Assembly (NCBI RefSeq): GCF_009834535.1
Contig: NC_045696.1
Span: 88,538,001-88,602,000 of the forward strand
Length of the DNA: 64,000 nucleotides
Source: Camelus ferus
Lineage: Eukaryota
Direction of reading: 5' to 3'
The notes under the pieces were generated by a model. It was not told the origin of the DNA. It was given only the letters and a program-made list of their open reading frames with translations, and searched no databases. The position numbers and the translations under genes are program-made. Position 1 is the first letter of the stretch, and each line of letters starts with the position of its first letter. This document shows positions 39,822 to 52,924 of this stretch, in pieces.

Positions 39822-40039
39822 CAGAAACCCTAGTATCAAGGTGAGAGGACTGGAAAGAAAACATTGAGCACATATGAAGTGATACCCTGGGAAGCAATAG
39901 CTGGGGTTTAAGAGGTTCTTTTTTCCTTCTGTCCACTCTGTGCAATAATCTGGATTCAAAATGAGTATTATGAGCCACAGACAGACTAGGGCAGTGAAAT
40001 ATGGTTTACTATGTCCAATACTATATGACATAAAGCTTT

Positions 40040-40268
40040 ACTGTCTATCGGCTCTGAAGCCGGACTACCAGCAGTTACATACAGGCGATGTGGTCTTAAG
40101 CAAGGCAACTCTCCCTCTCTGTGCTCCAGTCTCTTCATCTATAAAAATGAACAAATGAATTAGTCCTCCCACACAGAGTGGTTGGGAAGATTAAATGAGT
40201 TACTACATCTAGAATGTGTAAAAGATGTAGGCACACAGAATGTGCTAGACAATCTAAGCTATTATTAG
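40040..40268 (+). mobile_element. MIR SINE
   Basis: 'ctctctgtgctccagtctcttcatctataaaatga...gaagattaaatgagt'. Confidence 0.75.
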
Positions 40269-41571
40269 CGTATTTACACTTGACCCCACTTTGTACCCAA
40301 ACTGTGTTTGTTTTGCCAAGAGGTAGCAACCCTGTCATATCGAGTGGCCTTTACTGAGAAAAGGTGGCTCCTTTCCAAAGCAACTTTTAAAAAAATTTCA
40401 ATAGCGTCATAAAAACTGAAATCCATTCTCTTACAGGGCAAGTTCTTTATTAAAAAGCCACGTTCCTTTGTAACTCACTATTAATCAGTGCCATTATGAA
40501 ATAACTTTCAGGTCAACCCTGCCAGTTCTGGGCTTCCCGGGATCATATCACTTTCCACCCACAGTGACCCCTGAATTACAGAGATAGAACTTAATGGACA
40601 ATATTTATTCTTCATAAAAATGTACAGTAAGGAAAAGACTTTTTAACAGCTTTGCTAATACTGCCAATAAATTTAGACATTCTTGCTCAGTTTCCTAAAA
40701 TGTCACCTAGGGGCTCCAAGTTTCCCCAGACAGCTCTCCCAAGATGCCTGTCAAAAGTTTCCCTGAAAAAAGTCCTTCTGAATTCTGACTCTAATGAAGG
40801 TGATGACAAAGTCACCTTTATGATTTGCTGTGAAAGAAAAAAAAGGGAGGGCAGGGAGAGGGAAGTACAAGAGTAACAATGATAAGAACCACATGAAATT
40901 AAATAATATTTTATGTGTTTTGTTCCTATTATATTAATTGGTACTTTTTGTTATTTAGCAAATAAATACATACTCTAGCGGGGTGTAATAAAAACATTAA
41001 CAACCAGGAAGGCACAGGTGCTGAACAATTAGATTAGTGAGTCCCAGGTGACAATCAATCCTGTTTTGCATAAGTATGGTGTTTGTGGTGATTTCACTAC
41101 AACTTGGGGCACTTTCATTATGTTGTTGTTAATGTGGAAACTGGAATGTGGAAACGTCTTCCAACTGAGTGAAATTTTTCCAGTAATGTTATTTGTCATG
41201 AATGCAAAAGCTACTTACATATTCAAAGTAGTCTGTACAATAGGAGCTTTTAGCTACATGTTAACTTTTCTTCTATTATATTTTCTATTATATTCTATTA
41301 TAGTCTTCTATTATATTTTCCAAGTAGGTTCTGTGATATTCTCTTTTGAAGTTTTCATCAAACCTATTTCCTTGTATATGAGACTAGGATCCTGCTTCCC
41401 ATGGTTTTCAGTCAACCCAGTAGGTTCTTTAGGACATGCATCAATTTATTTAGAGATTGTCAGTAATAGGTTATTATTTAATTGAGATGAGAAGAAGTAA
41501 TTTATAATACTAGAACAGCTAAACTACAAAATATATATGCTTCTTTGCCTCCTGCTTGTCCAAATGACTCC

Positions 41572-41597
41572 ACCCCTACCCCCCCCCCCCCCCCGCC
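41572..41597. repeat. Poly-C tract (C16)
   Basis: C run at 41579-41594. Confidence 0.9.
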
Positions 41598-42041
41598 TTT
41601 AATCCCATCAAGAGAATTTTAGAGCCAGAGTAAAACCAGCTACCAAGACCTGGAGTTCGTCTAGTTCAAGCCAGATCTAAGATTGTTCTTAAGATGACAA
41701 ATTAGTCATTAAAACAGCCCATGTGGCATCTGACAATGTGATTGTTTGGAACTGCCCAGATTTCCTATGGCAAACTTACAATAGCCATAACAGACACATG
41801 TAGAAGTATACAACAAAATGGTTTCCCAATCTGGATTCCCCTGTTAACATCCTAATGTCTGCCAACAGCATTATCATTCTCCCTTTCACTCAAGGTCAAA
41901 AAATCACAAGTCATCTCCAGTGGATAGTTAATAAATATGGGGGTATCTTCATCACTTTAATAACCAGTGGGAGCCAGAGTCTACCTCCTGCTACAGACAC
42001 CAAAAAGCCCAGAAACTCACTTTTGCAGCCTCCCTTGCCAG

Positions 42042-42463
42042 TGTTGGGGAATAAAATTTGCCATCCCATAATATCTCTTTGGCATGAGGATTTTTTTGAG
42101 TTGAAAAGAATCAAGACCTAAAGACTCAGGAAGAAATCTTCTTCCTAAATGCCTAGAAGAATTTAGACGGAGGGCCTGATCCTGGAATAGAGCTATCACA
42201 AGAGATCTCTGCAAAGAATATGGGCCAAGTGTGGTGGGGGTAAGAGCAGGGCCTAGAAATCAAGTCCATTTTGTGTCCCCTTGTCTCTGCATGGCCCAGC
42301 CAACATGTGTTTACCAAATATTTGCTTTTCCATCTCCATGTGAATTGCCTTCACCTTTTTTTTAAGTCCCAAACCACAACCCCAACATCCTCTTTAGCTG
42401 CAGATGGTATCTAAGGTGAAGGCTTCTGCCATTTTGGTGAGTTACTCAGTTTTCCTGGGTCCC
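42042..42463 (+). mobile_element. ERV1-class LTR, 3'-truncated, same family as 39274-39821
   Basis: Shared blocks 'tctctttggcatga', 'agagatctctgcaaaga', 'gcagggcctagaaatcaagtccatt', 'atttgcttttc', 'ctcagttttcctgggtc'. Confidence 0.8.
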
Positions 42464-42576
42464 TAAGGACAGTAGGAACTCCCTTAGTCAGCACACCTGA
42501 GACTGGTAGTTGCCCGATATCTAAGTCCAAGACTGTCTTTTCACATAAACCACACTCATCTGGGTATTATTTGGGA

Positions 42577-42745
42577 CAGTTCTTTTCAAAATGTGTTCCC
42601 AGGACCAGCAGCATCGGTATCACCTGGGAACATGACAGAAAGATGAATTTTCAGGGCCCACTCCAGATTCACGGAGTCAGACCCCAAGGTGGGGCCGAGC
42701 TCTCCAGATGATTCTGATGTGTGCTTAGGTCTGAGAACCACTGAT
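42577..42745. mobile_element. MER5A-like MITE
   Basis: 'ggaccagcagcatcggtatcacctgggaa...gatgattctgatg...tgagaaccactg'. Confidence 0.8.
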
Positions 42746-43189
42746 CTTGGGTGTCCAGTTTCAGATTCTCTGAGCACAGTAAAACGTCATCCACTTAAAG
42801 ACACATGCGAAAAACGATCTGCAAGCAGAATACTTTTGATTTTTACATATTTCTCCTTATTTATTTTTTCATTCAATCATTTAATAAATGCCAAGCATGT
42901 TCTAAAGCATTTAGAGAATATATCATTAAATAAGACAAAATTCCTAGCCCTGGCAGAGCTGACATTCCAGCAAAGTAGGTTCGAGAAAGTAGCTGTCTTC
43001 GGGGAGGGTTCAGCTTCCCAGGGGTGTCAGTCAGCGGACCAGAAACACTCAGTTAATCCGACAAGTCAGTTAAGTGGAGGTGGGTTAGGAGAATCTCCTC
43101 TATAGACTTCACTTTTTTTGTATTGGCTTAAATTACTTCTGTTCCGCCATGTAATTCCTAATTCGTGTTTAAACGAGTATTCCTACTGT

Positions 43190-43565
43190 TGTCAACAGTG
43201 AAAAGTAAGAACAACCTGAATGTCTAACAGTACATGAAGGATTAGCCAGAACAAATTAAAAGCCCATAATAGGGATTCACTGGAGTAACTGAAACATCCA
43301 AAATTCGTGGGTGGTTTAAATAAATGATAGTAAGTTATAAAACAGCATGTACAGAATGACTCCAGCTTTACAGAAGATAATAAGATATGATTATACATGT
43401 ATAGAAAATGGATCTGGCAAAAAATATATATATGATGGTAGAAGCAGTATTTGTCTCTAAACAGAATTGTGGATTTTTAAATCTACTTCTGGTAGTCTGT
43501 ACTTTCTGATTTCACTAGAACAAAACTCCATTGCTTTTATAATAAATAAGATAAAACATTAAAAA
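43190..43565 (+). mobile_element. Ancient L1ME-like 3'UTR fragment
   Basis: 'aacaacctgaatgtctaacagta' and degraded L1M 3'UTR motifs. Confidence 0.5.
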
Positions 43566-44169
43566 ATAAACCACAACTCCCCCAAATCTGAGTTTCTAGG
43601 GGGAATCTGTGTATTGTTTTCTATTTTCAATGTTTTTCTAATACAGTTTAAGGCAATTATGTTTGCTCGCCTTTATTGTTTATATTTTCAAATTTTATGT
43701 GTAAGGTTGAAGTACATTTAGGTCATTCAGGTTTTTAGACATTTCATTTTTCCATCTAATAACTTATTTATAAGCATTGAAGTTCTAACTGATCCTTAGT
43801 AGGTGGGTTTTTAGGTTATTACAGGTTATCTTGAACCTTTAGCTTACTGCAGTTATTCCCTACTGTTGGGCATGTAGCTTGTTTGACCTGATGCATTGCA
43901 AACAGCCCAGATACTCCCTTTGTGACAGCTGGCAACTAGCACATGGCCCAAGCCAGGTAATCAGGCAAACCTGTCCTAGCCTCTGAATCTCAAGCAGTCT
44001 TAAGAAGTCCCACAAGGCCCAATGTGGCTGCAAGGAAACCTGGGGAATATGGTTTTTATTCTAGATAGCATTGTGCCCAAATAAAAATCAGGTTCTAAGA
44101 TAGAAGGATGGGCAACCAGCAATCTCTGGGCCAGAAAGAGTCTCTAAAAGGAGGTCACACTCAAGTTCC

Positions 44170-46112
44170 CCTAAAAGATCAACATTCACCATTTTGTATG
44201 TCCCTGTTTACCGCATCATCACGAAAAGTCCCAGTCTCACCATCAGGACACATCCCAGTTCGCTTCTATACATCCCACTAAGCTGTCCCCCATCTCCTAT
44301 TTCTCCCTTTCTCTGTCCCCTTTCCGACCTTTCCACTATGTCCACTGGAACTGCTTACTGGCAAAATCTCCTGATGCTCAAAACTCTTTTTTGATCGTTC
44401 CCTTCCACTTCTAGGTTCCACCTGAAGCCTGGCTCTGTCTTCTCTCATGCCCCTAACCCCAAAGGATCTAAGGGCAGGGCTGAGCTCTTCTCTGCTCCTC
44501 AATGCTGCTTCCACACCACCTCCTCTCCTGCAAGCATCCAGCTCCTTGGAAGCACCTGCAGTTAGACTGTTTGACCCCCTGCTCTATGTTGCAGTCATTT
44601 ACTGTCCTCCTGCTGGACAGGAGGACTAGCATCTCTCTCTCTCACCTTCTCTGCGACTGGCATTGCCACCAACCAGAGACCATCCATTAGAAGCCCTTAG
44701 TGAATCTTGAACCACTCCTGAAATCTTGACTTGAAGCATCTTTTTCTCCAACTACCACCTCCTAATTTTCCAGATCACTCTCACTGGCACTTGGACTCCA
44801 GTAATTCTTCAGCCCAACAGAACTTCTGATCCATTAGCTCTACCACTTTTTCACTGTCCCTCACTCCTCCCTTAAGTCCTCATATCTCTCTTACTCTGCC
44901 AAACACAGAAATTCTTCCCTTATTTTTCCCTCTGTTGCCTGGCTTAGAAAATCTCCAAATCTGGTTAAATTGAACCTTCTTTTGCCTTCACATGTGCACT
45001 CTATGAACACAATCTTCCTGACTCACCTTAAATTTATGACCATAAATCTCAGGATACTCATCACTGCATTTCTACTATATTTTCTTAGTTAATTCAGTCT
45101 CTCAGTCTCTGGGTGGACAATGCACATATTTCCCCCTTTTCTCAAATTTCCAAAACCATTTTTATTCTCAGCTATAACCTTACCCATTTTACTAAGAAAA
45201 GAGATGCAACCAGAGAAAACTCAGGAATTCTCCCATGATCAATTTATTACCCACCAGAATCAAAAAACTCTTGCCTGTCTTCCTCCTTGTTCCTAACTCC
45301 CTCATCTACTCAAGAGCTTTCATCTTGCAATTATTATGCTGTCTCCTGCATCATCAGTTTCTCCCCTTCTAGAGGGTCACTCATTAGCATACCGGGATGC
45401 TGTTATTTCTCTCATCTTAAACAAATCTGTACCGAAATACCTAAAACCCCCTGGCTACTGGTGCCTCTCTTTGCTCATCTTTACGGCAAATTGCAAGAAA
45501 AATCTGTCTTTACTTAAAATGTCCACTTTTCTCACCTTCCACAGTTTCTCCTTAACCCACTTCAGAGGTTTGTGTTCTCACCAAAACTGCTCCCGTGGAG
45601 GGCATGGACAGCCTGTATCTTGCCAAATCCAATTGTCAACCTTTGTCCTTCACCTTCCACCACCACTGAATAGTGTTTGCAATAAGCCTCATGGCTCTCC
45701 TCATCCCTCGCGCCCCCTGCCTCGCTCATGCTGTCATTCCTTGAACAGGCCGAACTCATTCCTGCCCCAGCATCTCCTGGTCACTGGGCTCGGAGCGCTT
45801 TCCCTGCAGGTCTGAGATGGGCTCACTTCTTCACCCCATCAGGCCTCTGTTCAGAGGCTTTCCTTGCCCGCTCACCTCGGCCTCTCCTGGCCCCACCCAC
45901 CAAGCTCCAGTGCCCTGACCTGCTTTAATTTCTCCACGGCACTTACCTCCACTCGGCCTGCTGTCAGGTCATCACGTGGTCTCCTGCACGACACTGTACA
46001 CTCCATGAGGGCAGGGAACTTGTCTGGCTTGTTCACAGTTGAATTCCTAGAACCTAGAACTGTGCCTGGCATGTAGTAGGTGCCCGGTAACTACTTCTCG
46101 CATAAATGAATA
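44170..46112 (+). mobile_element. Long L2 LINE relic (ORF2 remnant to 3' end)
   Basis: 'gcagtcatttactgtcctcc' (EN region), 'gccaaatccaattgtca', and a canonical tail 'ctccatgagggcaggga...cctagaactgtgcctggcatgtagtaggtgc'. Confidence 0.8.
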
Positions 46113-47329
46113 TAATTTCTCAACTATATTTAAGGTTATTTTTATTCATGGATAAATAGAATATTTTCCTTCCAAGTAAATCTTGAGTAAGATTTGCAAA
46201 GAGACTAGCAAAGGTGTCAGGATGAATTTGTTCATATGCATGAGACAGAAAAGGTTCAAAGCGAAATTAATGAGCAGTGGAAGAAAAAGGGGGAAGCAAG
46301 GGAGGGGGGTTGGTATGGGGGAGGAAAGAGCAGGCTTTGTGTATGAGTCCCTGATGAGAGAAAAATGAAGAACTGAGGCGGACCTGTTAGCTGTGCTACC
46401 GGAAGAGTCCAGAAAGGCTCTGTCTTCGAAAGGAGGGACAGGTGTGAACACCTGTATGTCTGTACATACCATTCAGATATTCATTTTTTTATGGTGTGAA
46501 TGTGCCTGAACTGCTGCTCTGTGTTCTTACTGTGGCATCTGCCCATCTGTAAACCACAGAGGTTGATGACTGCAGTTTTCATGTCCAGCTACTCATCACA
46601 CTTACTCTGAGCATCTGGGCCCCTCCCCATTGACCAGATCAGTCTCCGGGGTTGAGTCCTGAGAGATCTAGTTTTACAAAGCTCCCCCAGCATAGGCCAT
46701 CAGCTGTGGATGGTTTAAAATCATGACCAGAACAGTATTTTCCAAATGGCAGATCTCGGGCAGGCAAGAGGCAATTTTTTTACTACCTTGTGACCATTTC
46801 TTCTCTGACCCTCTTTAGTATGAAAGGTTGTCACTCAGATCCCATATTTTCTTATCTGACTTCCTTTCCCCCTACCCAACTCTGTGGTAGAGAATGAGAT
46901 AATTTATCAAACCCTAGAGTAATCGAGATTAGGAAATCCTGCTCCATAAGTCACCTAGTTGCTGACAAGCCTTGGGATATTGTTGCTAGGCATCACCTGA
47001 GACCAATATGCCTGGTAATAAATTTTATGTTAGACATTCATTATGGAGGCAATAGCAGAAATATCATTTTTATTTATAAGCATAGAATAATAATATCAGC
47101 TAACACTTACTGAACTATTACCTGATGCCAGGCACTGTTTATAATTCTACATCCTCATGTATAAAACAAAACAAAACATGCAAAGGAAAAAAGCCTCGTG
47201 GTAACAGCAGTGTACACTGTACCTCGATCAATAATTCAGTTACAAGCCAGACATTCAGTGGCCTGGACATGCAGAAATAGCAGAGGTCAGGTTCTGGCTC
47301 AATTTGGGTTCTGGAAGCCATCATCTGTT

Positions 47330-47850
47330 GTTTTCACCTGTCCAGCATTGCTTCCCACCCCCAGGAGCCATTTGTCTTCTGAGCCTTGAGGTCCACAGTG
47401 CCTGCTTACCCTCCGCAGAGGGATGAGGCAGGTGAGCACATGGCCCAGGCTGGCCAAACAGAGTTCTTCCTCCCTGGCCACTGTTCTTGGTTTAAAGATG
47501 AGCATGTGACCCACAATGGCCAATCAAAATCTTTTTCTGTGGATACCAGGAAAGAGAGTCTCTCTCTTCCTCTGGAATTGCAAGCTCTGAATATCTTTTG
47601 CCACTCTAAGGAGGAAACTACTTGCAAACTACTTGCAATGGACAAGAATAAGGTTAACATGCAAAGAGAAGCAGAGCTCAGGGAAGGAGAGAGGGAGCTT
47701 TGATATCATTTGAGACCTGGATCAAGCCAGTTCTAAATCAAGTGTATCACCTGGACTTTCGGGACCAGTAAATTTCACACCCTGTTGTGGTTGTTTTTGC
47801 TTAAATGAGTCAGAACTGAATTTGTCAGTTGGAATAGAGATTCCTTGGCC
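47330..47850 (+). mobile_element. ERVL-type LTR (LTR16/LTR33-like)
   Basis: 'gagcacatggcccaggctggccaa', 'ggtttaaagatgagcatgtgaccca', 'tttgagacctggatcaagc', 'ctggacttt'. Confidence 0.6.
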
Positions 47851-48127
47851 CAAATTTTGAATTTGAGTGAAAGTGACACTTAAAATTTTCCCACTTTTAC
47901 GGGTAGTGCTGTTTATATGCATCTGGTTACATACGAAGTAATACTGGGAATTCCCTGTAGACACTTAAGGAACAAAGCTGTAACAGAACTACCAGTTTCT
48001 TAGCCATTATCACCTCTAAGCATTTAGCTTGATCAGACTTGGGAGCAGGATGTATTTAAGAGGCGTCTCTTTGTGTATTACGAATTGCCAACCCATATTC
48101 TTTACTAAGTCTGGTTGTTTCTTAAAC

Positions 48128-48290
48128 ATGTGTAGTATAATGATTAAGAGCTTGGGTTCTGGTAGCAGAGATTGCCTGAGTTCAAATTCTAGCTTTGTTA
48201 CTTACTCGCTACAGAACCTTAGGCAAGTTATTTAACCTCTTTGTGCTTCAGTTTCCCCATGTGAAATACTCATCGCTTAGGGCTGTTGAA
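48128..48290 (+). mobile_element. MIR SINE
   Basis: 'gattaagagcttgggttctgg...gcctgagttcaaatt...ggcaagttatttaacctctttgtgcttcagtttcc'. Confidence 0.85.
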
Positions 48291-48462
48291 GCACTTGGCT
48301 CCTCCTATGGGGCTTTCCCATAGGCCATAGCCCTTGGGAATACAGTTAAGGGCCAGGTTCCAAGAACTCCACAGATGAGACAGTGTGACCTTCAGGAGAT
48401 CCTAACAGACTCAGTGTAGATCTAGATTACTTCTAGGAAGAATAATCTATATCTATATACAG

Positions 48463-48483
48463 ATATATATATATATATATATA
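48463..48483. repeat. (AT)10 microsatellite
   Basis: Direct count. Confidence 0.9.
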
Positions 48484-48799
48484 ATTTCATAAAATAGCTA
48501 CACTATTTTTTACACACAAAATTACATAAAATAGCCCAAGATATAAATGAACCTGTTTTCTAGGTTCCTTAAAATGGTGTTTAGGCTTGAACCAATGTCT
48601 GCAATTGGGAGTCATCTTTCCCTAACCAAATCCTAGGGATTCTAATAAAACTCAAATAGACAATGAAACAGTGGTTCTCAACATCTTAAAACTAAAGAAA
48701 ATCAATCAAAAACATTTCAAATGGACTCGAAGACTCACATCTCTCACCTGAACCTAATTCTTCACCTCTGTTCCACATTGTCTAGAGCACTGGCTCTGA

Positions 48800-48978
48800 A
48801 TATTTAGGGGAGCATTTTTGGTTGTCACAATGACTGTGGCTGACATACACATGTGTGCGCACGCACACACGTGGGTCAGGGACGCTAGAGCTTCTGCAAC
48901 ACAATATACAGTCCTGTAAAACAAAGATTTTCCCACACCCCACACAACTTTCCAGTAACAGAGGTGAAAAACCTGCTT
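48800..48978. mobile_element. MER20-like hAT MITE
   Basis: 'catttttggttgtcacaatgac...cagggacgcta...acaaaga...gaggtgaaaaacctg'. Confidence 0.55.
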
Positions 48979-50996
48979 GTAATCACAAGAGTCTGGAACT
49001 TCTGTTTTACATGTAAACAAAAAATATTTTTGGAATGGCTTTATTATACACTGAATTTTCCAGGAATGCAACTACTGTGAGAATAAAGAGGAACTTGTGC
49101 TTTGTTTTGTTTAGAACTTAAAGAAAAGTTAGTCCCATCTTGGAAAAAATCACTTCACCAACAACAGCACCACTCGTATTGGAGTTGTCAAAATAATCCA
49201 ATTGTCAGCCCGCACCTGTAGAAGGCACCGCGAGCATTAAGTGCAGGCATCTGACAACTCCATTATGACTTCGAATGTATTGGTGCCTGCATATTTATAT
49301 GTGGAATTATATATAATTTTACTATACTTACTTTCCCATTGTCCCCATTGTATTATTAGGGCATTTCACTGAATTTCTAAAGCATTATGCATAGAGGTAG
49401 ATTCTATTATCTATACATTTCATTTCAGGACGGTAACTAGAGTGTTCAAAAGTATTTGTTTAAAAAATACTGGCTCTGTGAGGGTGAGAAATAAACTGTT
49501 TTGGAGTATTAACAGAGTGGAAAGAAATGCTCAAATCGTTTTTCTCTAAGACGTCCCAATCCAGAGGCACTTACTACATACAGGGCAGGCATCATGGTGG
49601 GTTTACAGGACTTGGTGCTATAAAAATTAAAGAAAACAAGGGAAAACGGGCAGGTAAATAAACAGATGAAGAAACACCGACAGGAAAGGCAGACTTCAAC
49701 ATGAGGCATGGAAGGCCTGATACTCTTCAGATGTCAGACTTCCCTAAGGAACTGTTCTGTTTGTTTCAGTCTATTTTCTCCCTTCTTCCCCTTGACGTTA
49801 AGAAGTGAGTAACAACATTCACTTTAATCAATACGTCGGGTTTTATATTAGTTAGCTCTGGTTTGATCTTTTCTGCAAAAGAATCATGCCTTCTCCCCTT
49901 CCATCGTAAAATTATTTTTTTTTTCTAGTAAGTGTGTGATTACCCTTAAAATCTGCTGCTCAGGAGATCCACAGAACTAGTTTATGACATCACTGACATT
50001 CCCTAACCTCTTCACAAGCATAAAGGATCGTACAGACATCTCTGGCTAACTGCACCACCACTATAAAATCTATCTGAAGCTGGTTAGTAGAGCATAAATG
50101 TTGGCTCCCAGGAAAGTTTGGGTAAAGACTGGCCCTTCTGTTAAGTTGTTCTGAGACTCTGAGGAAGTTACTTAACCTCCCCATGAGTTAATTCTCCAAA
50201 GCAGAAAGGAAGATTAAAAATCAGTCTATTTCTTGTTTCAGTGCCTGCTCTAGTAACTCACACACCAAAATTAGAACCATATTTTTCCACTGCTTACTAC
50301 CCCAGGATGCTCAGCTAAGCTGAACCGATCAGTTAAGCAGCTTGAGAATCTCAGAGGAAAGATGTTTCATTCAGTGTTCTTAATTATTGACTGGAGCTGA
50401 CAGACTAAAAGCCAAGAAAATCTGGTATTTAACACATGCTTCTAAAAGTTGGAAATCTATAGCAGCTGTGAAGTGGTTCTGTTGTTCTGATTTTGCTCAA
50501 GGTCAGAGTTGTTCTTATTTCAAGAACAAGGTTGATTTTTTTCATTATCATTCACTTATCCTTTAACCTGAGTGCTTCCAGACCTCACTTTCTGGTAGAT
50601 GTCACACGAACATAAATAACTCAAACGCCATGCTCTTGACAGATCCCATACCTCCCATGGGCTTCAGTCACCCTATTCCCCTGTTCCTTCTCTCTTGCCC
50701 AAGGTCCCTCTATTTCACCAAAGTGCTTATGGAAGGCAGTAATATGGTTGCCATTCTTGGCAGTGTCTACATTAGAGATTCATTATTTCTTCCTCAATCA
50801 TGAACACTTTTTTTTAGAGAACCTGCCTATTCCAGAGCCAGGTAAGAGAAGTTCTACTAAATACATAAGCCTGCCCACTTTGCCACAGCTGAAAGGACCA
50901 GAGGAACTGATCTATATAACACAAATATAATGAACTGAGACAGAGTCCCTGGTTCGAAACTTTAAACGAAGAAACAAAGTGAAACTGGAGGCCCAG

Positions 50997-51545
50997 TGTA
51001 ATAATTTTTTTAAATGACCGGAAATGCTTTGATACTCCTCCCATGAGGAGGTGGAGTTTCTGCTCCTTCCCTTTGAATGTGGGTGGGGCTTTCACTGCTT
51101 CAACCAATAGAATTTGGCAGAAGTGACTCCCAAGCTAGGGTAGAAAAGGCTTGCAACTTCTGCCTGGGTCCTTTGGAATGATTACTTCTTGGACGTGCCC
51201 TCTCAAAACACTGCACTGCCAAATAAAAAGTCTGAATGTCTTTTGGTCCTTACATTAATGAGCCCATGTGTAGGCACTCAGGCCAACGGTCCCAAGGGAA
51301 GCCCAACCTTTAAGCGGTTCTTACCAGGGTGACAGTATGAACAAAGAGGCTATCCTGGAAGTGGCTTCCCCAGTCCCAGGTCCCCAGCCATTTGAGTCTT
51401 TCCAGCTGAGGCCCCACACATCAGGGGGCAAAGATAAGCCATTCCCCTTATGCCTTAAGCCCTAAAGTCCATGAGCATAAGCAAATGGTGTTCTTTTTTG
51501 CCAGGGAGTCTGGAGTGGTTTGTTACACAGCAGTAGTATCTGAAA
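50997..51545 (+). mobile_element. MaLR (MLT1-type) LTR
   Basis: 'tttgatactcctcccat.ag.aggtggagt', 'accaatagaat.tggcagaagtgac', 'cagctgaggcccca', 'gtggtttgttacacagcagta'. Confidence 0.8.
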
Positions 51546-52753
51546 TGCCCAATCACATGAATGATCATGTCCCAGAATGAGGATCCATATACTTCTCTGA
51601 GAGTTTCTAGAGCTGCCCTGGTTATATGACTATTAAGCTCTTCTTACATTCCAAAAGATTCTTGTATAAACCTCCTTTGTTTTTGAGATCATCTGAATAG
51701 CCTTCTTCCTTATAATCCAACATGCCACAAGGGAATGCCCATCACGAGGCTGTCCATGACAAAGGTGCTATCTCCCACTGCAACCAAAGCTGCCAATTCT
51801 CAAGGACCCTAATGAATGTCAGGGCATTCCCAAGCAGTGGTGTGAAATTGGTCCTCTATTCTCCTGCACCTTGAGGCCCAATACTAAAGCAACACTAATG
51901 CCCAGAGTCTCCCACAACACAGAGACTTTAAGTTCCTTTAAATTTCTTGCCCAAATCCCTGTTCCCACTGGGGCTCAGATCTAGACTAGGAGTTTAGCAG
52001 AGAACAGACGATATCTGTGGCTAGAGGAACAGTATAGTCCAAGAGTGACACTAAGGGCTCACTGTAATTTGCCTGGACGATGAGCTACTCATGGGTAAGG
52101 ATTCTCCCAGCAGGGCAGGTGGACCCAAACTCAGCTTCCCATGGTATCTGGAGCTTCCTCCTCCAGCCAGAGGGGCTACAGCTTCCTGGGGACCAAGGTC
52201 TTCCAGGCTGGAAAGCTGGTATTCCTGGCTAACAATTCTAAAAAGCTGGCACCTGAATCTATACTGCAAGAGCAAAACTTCGAATAAAATATTCTTGGAG
52301 TGGATATTTGATATCCTACACTTTGCATAGCACATCCATTCAGCTAGATAAAAATGATGTGACTTGTTCATCAAGTAAAAAAGATACACAAGAAACCTTC
52401 AAGGGAAGCAAACTATCGATGTTCCAAACACCCCACATGTTATCAGAGAGAAGTTTATTCACTAAAGCTGCCAGGAAATACTTGTTATCTCCACTTAACA
52501 GAAGGATAAAAAAACCACGGGAAACAAACTTCCAATATGGCAATGAGGATAGCAGTTTCTCGGGGTTTAAGTGCCAGCTTTAGAGAATATAAAGTTATCC
52601 CAAATTCACTTGACCCTCACTATTATACTATAATGGGATATTGTCCAATATGTCCAACCACATTTTAATCATGCCCTTTCAGGTCCTGTAATAAGGACAG
52701 CATCCAGGACGATGCCTAAGCTAGTCTTGCCATCTCAAATGTTTGCTCTGAAG

Positions 52754-52919
52754 CAGTGGTCCTCAGCCTCGGCTGTGTACTGGAATCACCTGGGAAGATT
52801 AAGAAAAATACTGAGACCTGGGTCACATTGCACTGATCCTGATTTAATTGGTCTGAGTGCAATCTGGGCACAAGCCCCCCCAAGGTGATTCTAATACACT
52901 GCAAAGGTTGAGAACGTTG
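52754..52919. mobile_element. MER5A-like MITE
   Basis: 'cagtggtcctcagcct.ggctg...gaatcacctggg...aggtgattctaat...ggttgagaac'. Confidence 0.75.
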
Positions 52920-52924
52920 TTCCA

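Noticed and set aside
41048..41485. Hydrophobic 145-aa ORF resembling a membrane protein
   Set aside because: Hydrophobicity follows from the T-rich composition. Non-ATG start and no family motif or splice context.
39274..42463. Provirus bounded by two LTRs
   Set aside because: The LTRs are inverted rather than direct, the first has its own TSD, and I saw no PBS or gag/pol remnant between them.
45336..45815. 159-aa ORF
   Set aside because: Inside a degraded L2 relic, with no coherent protein motif.
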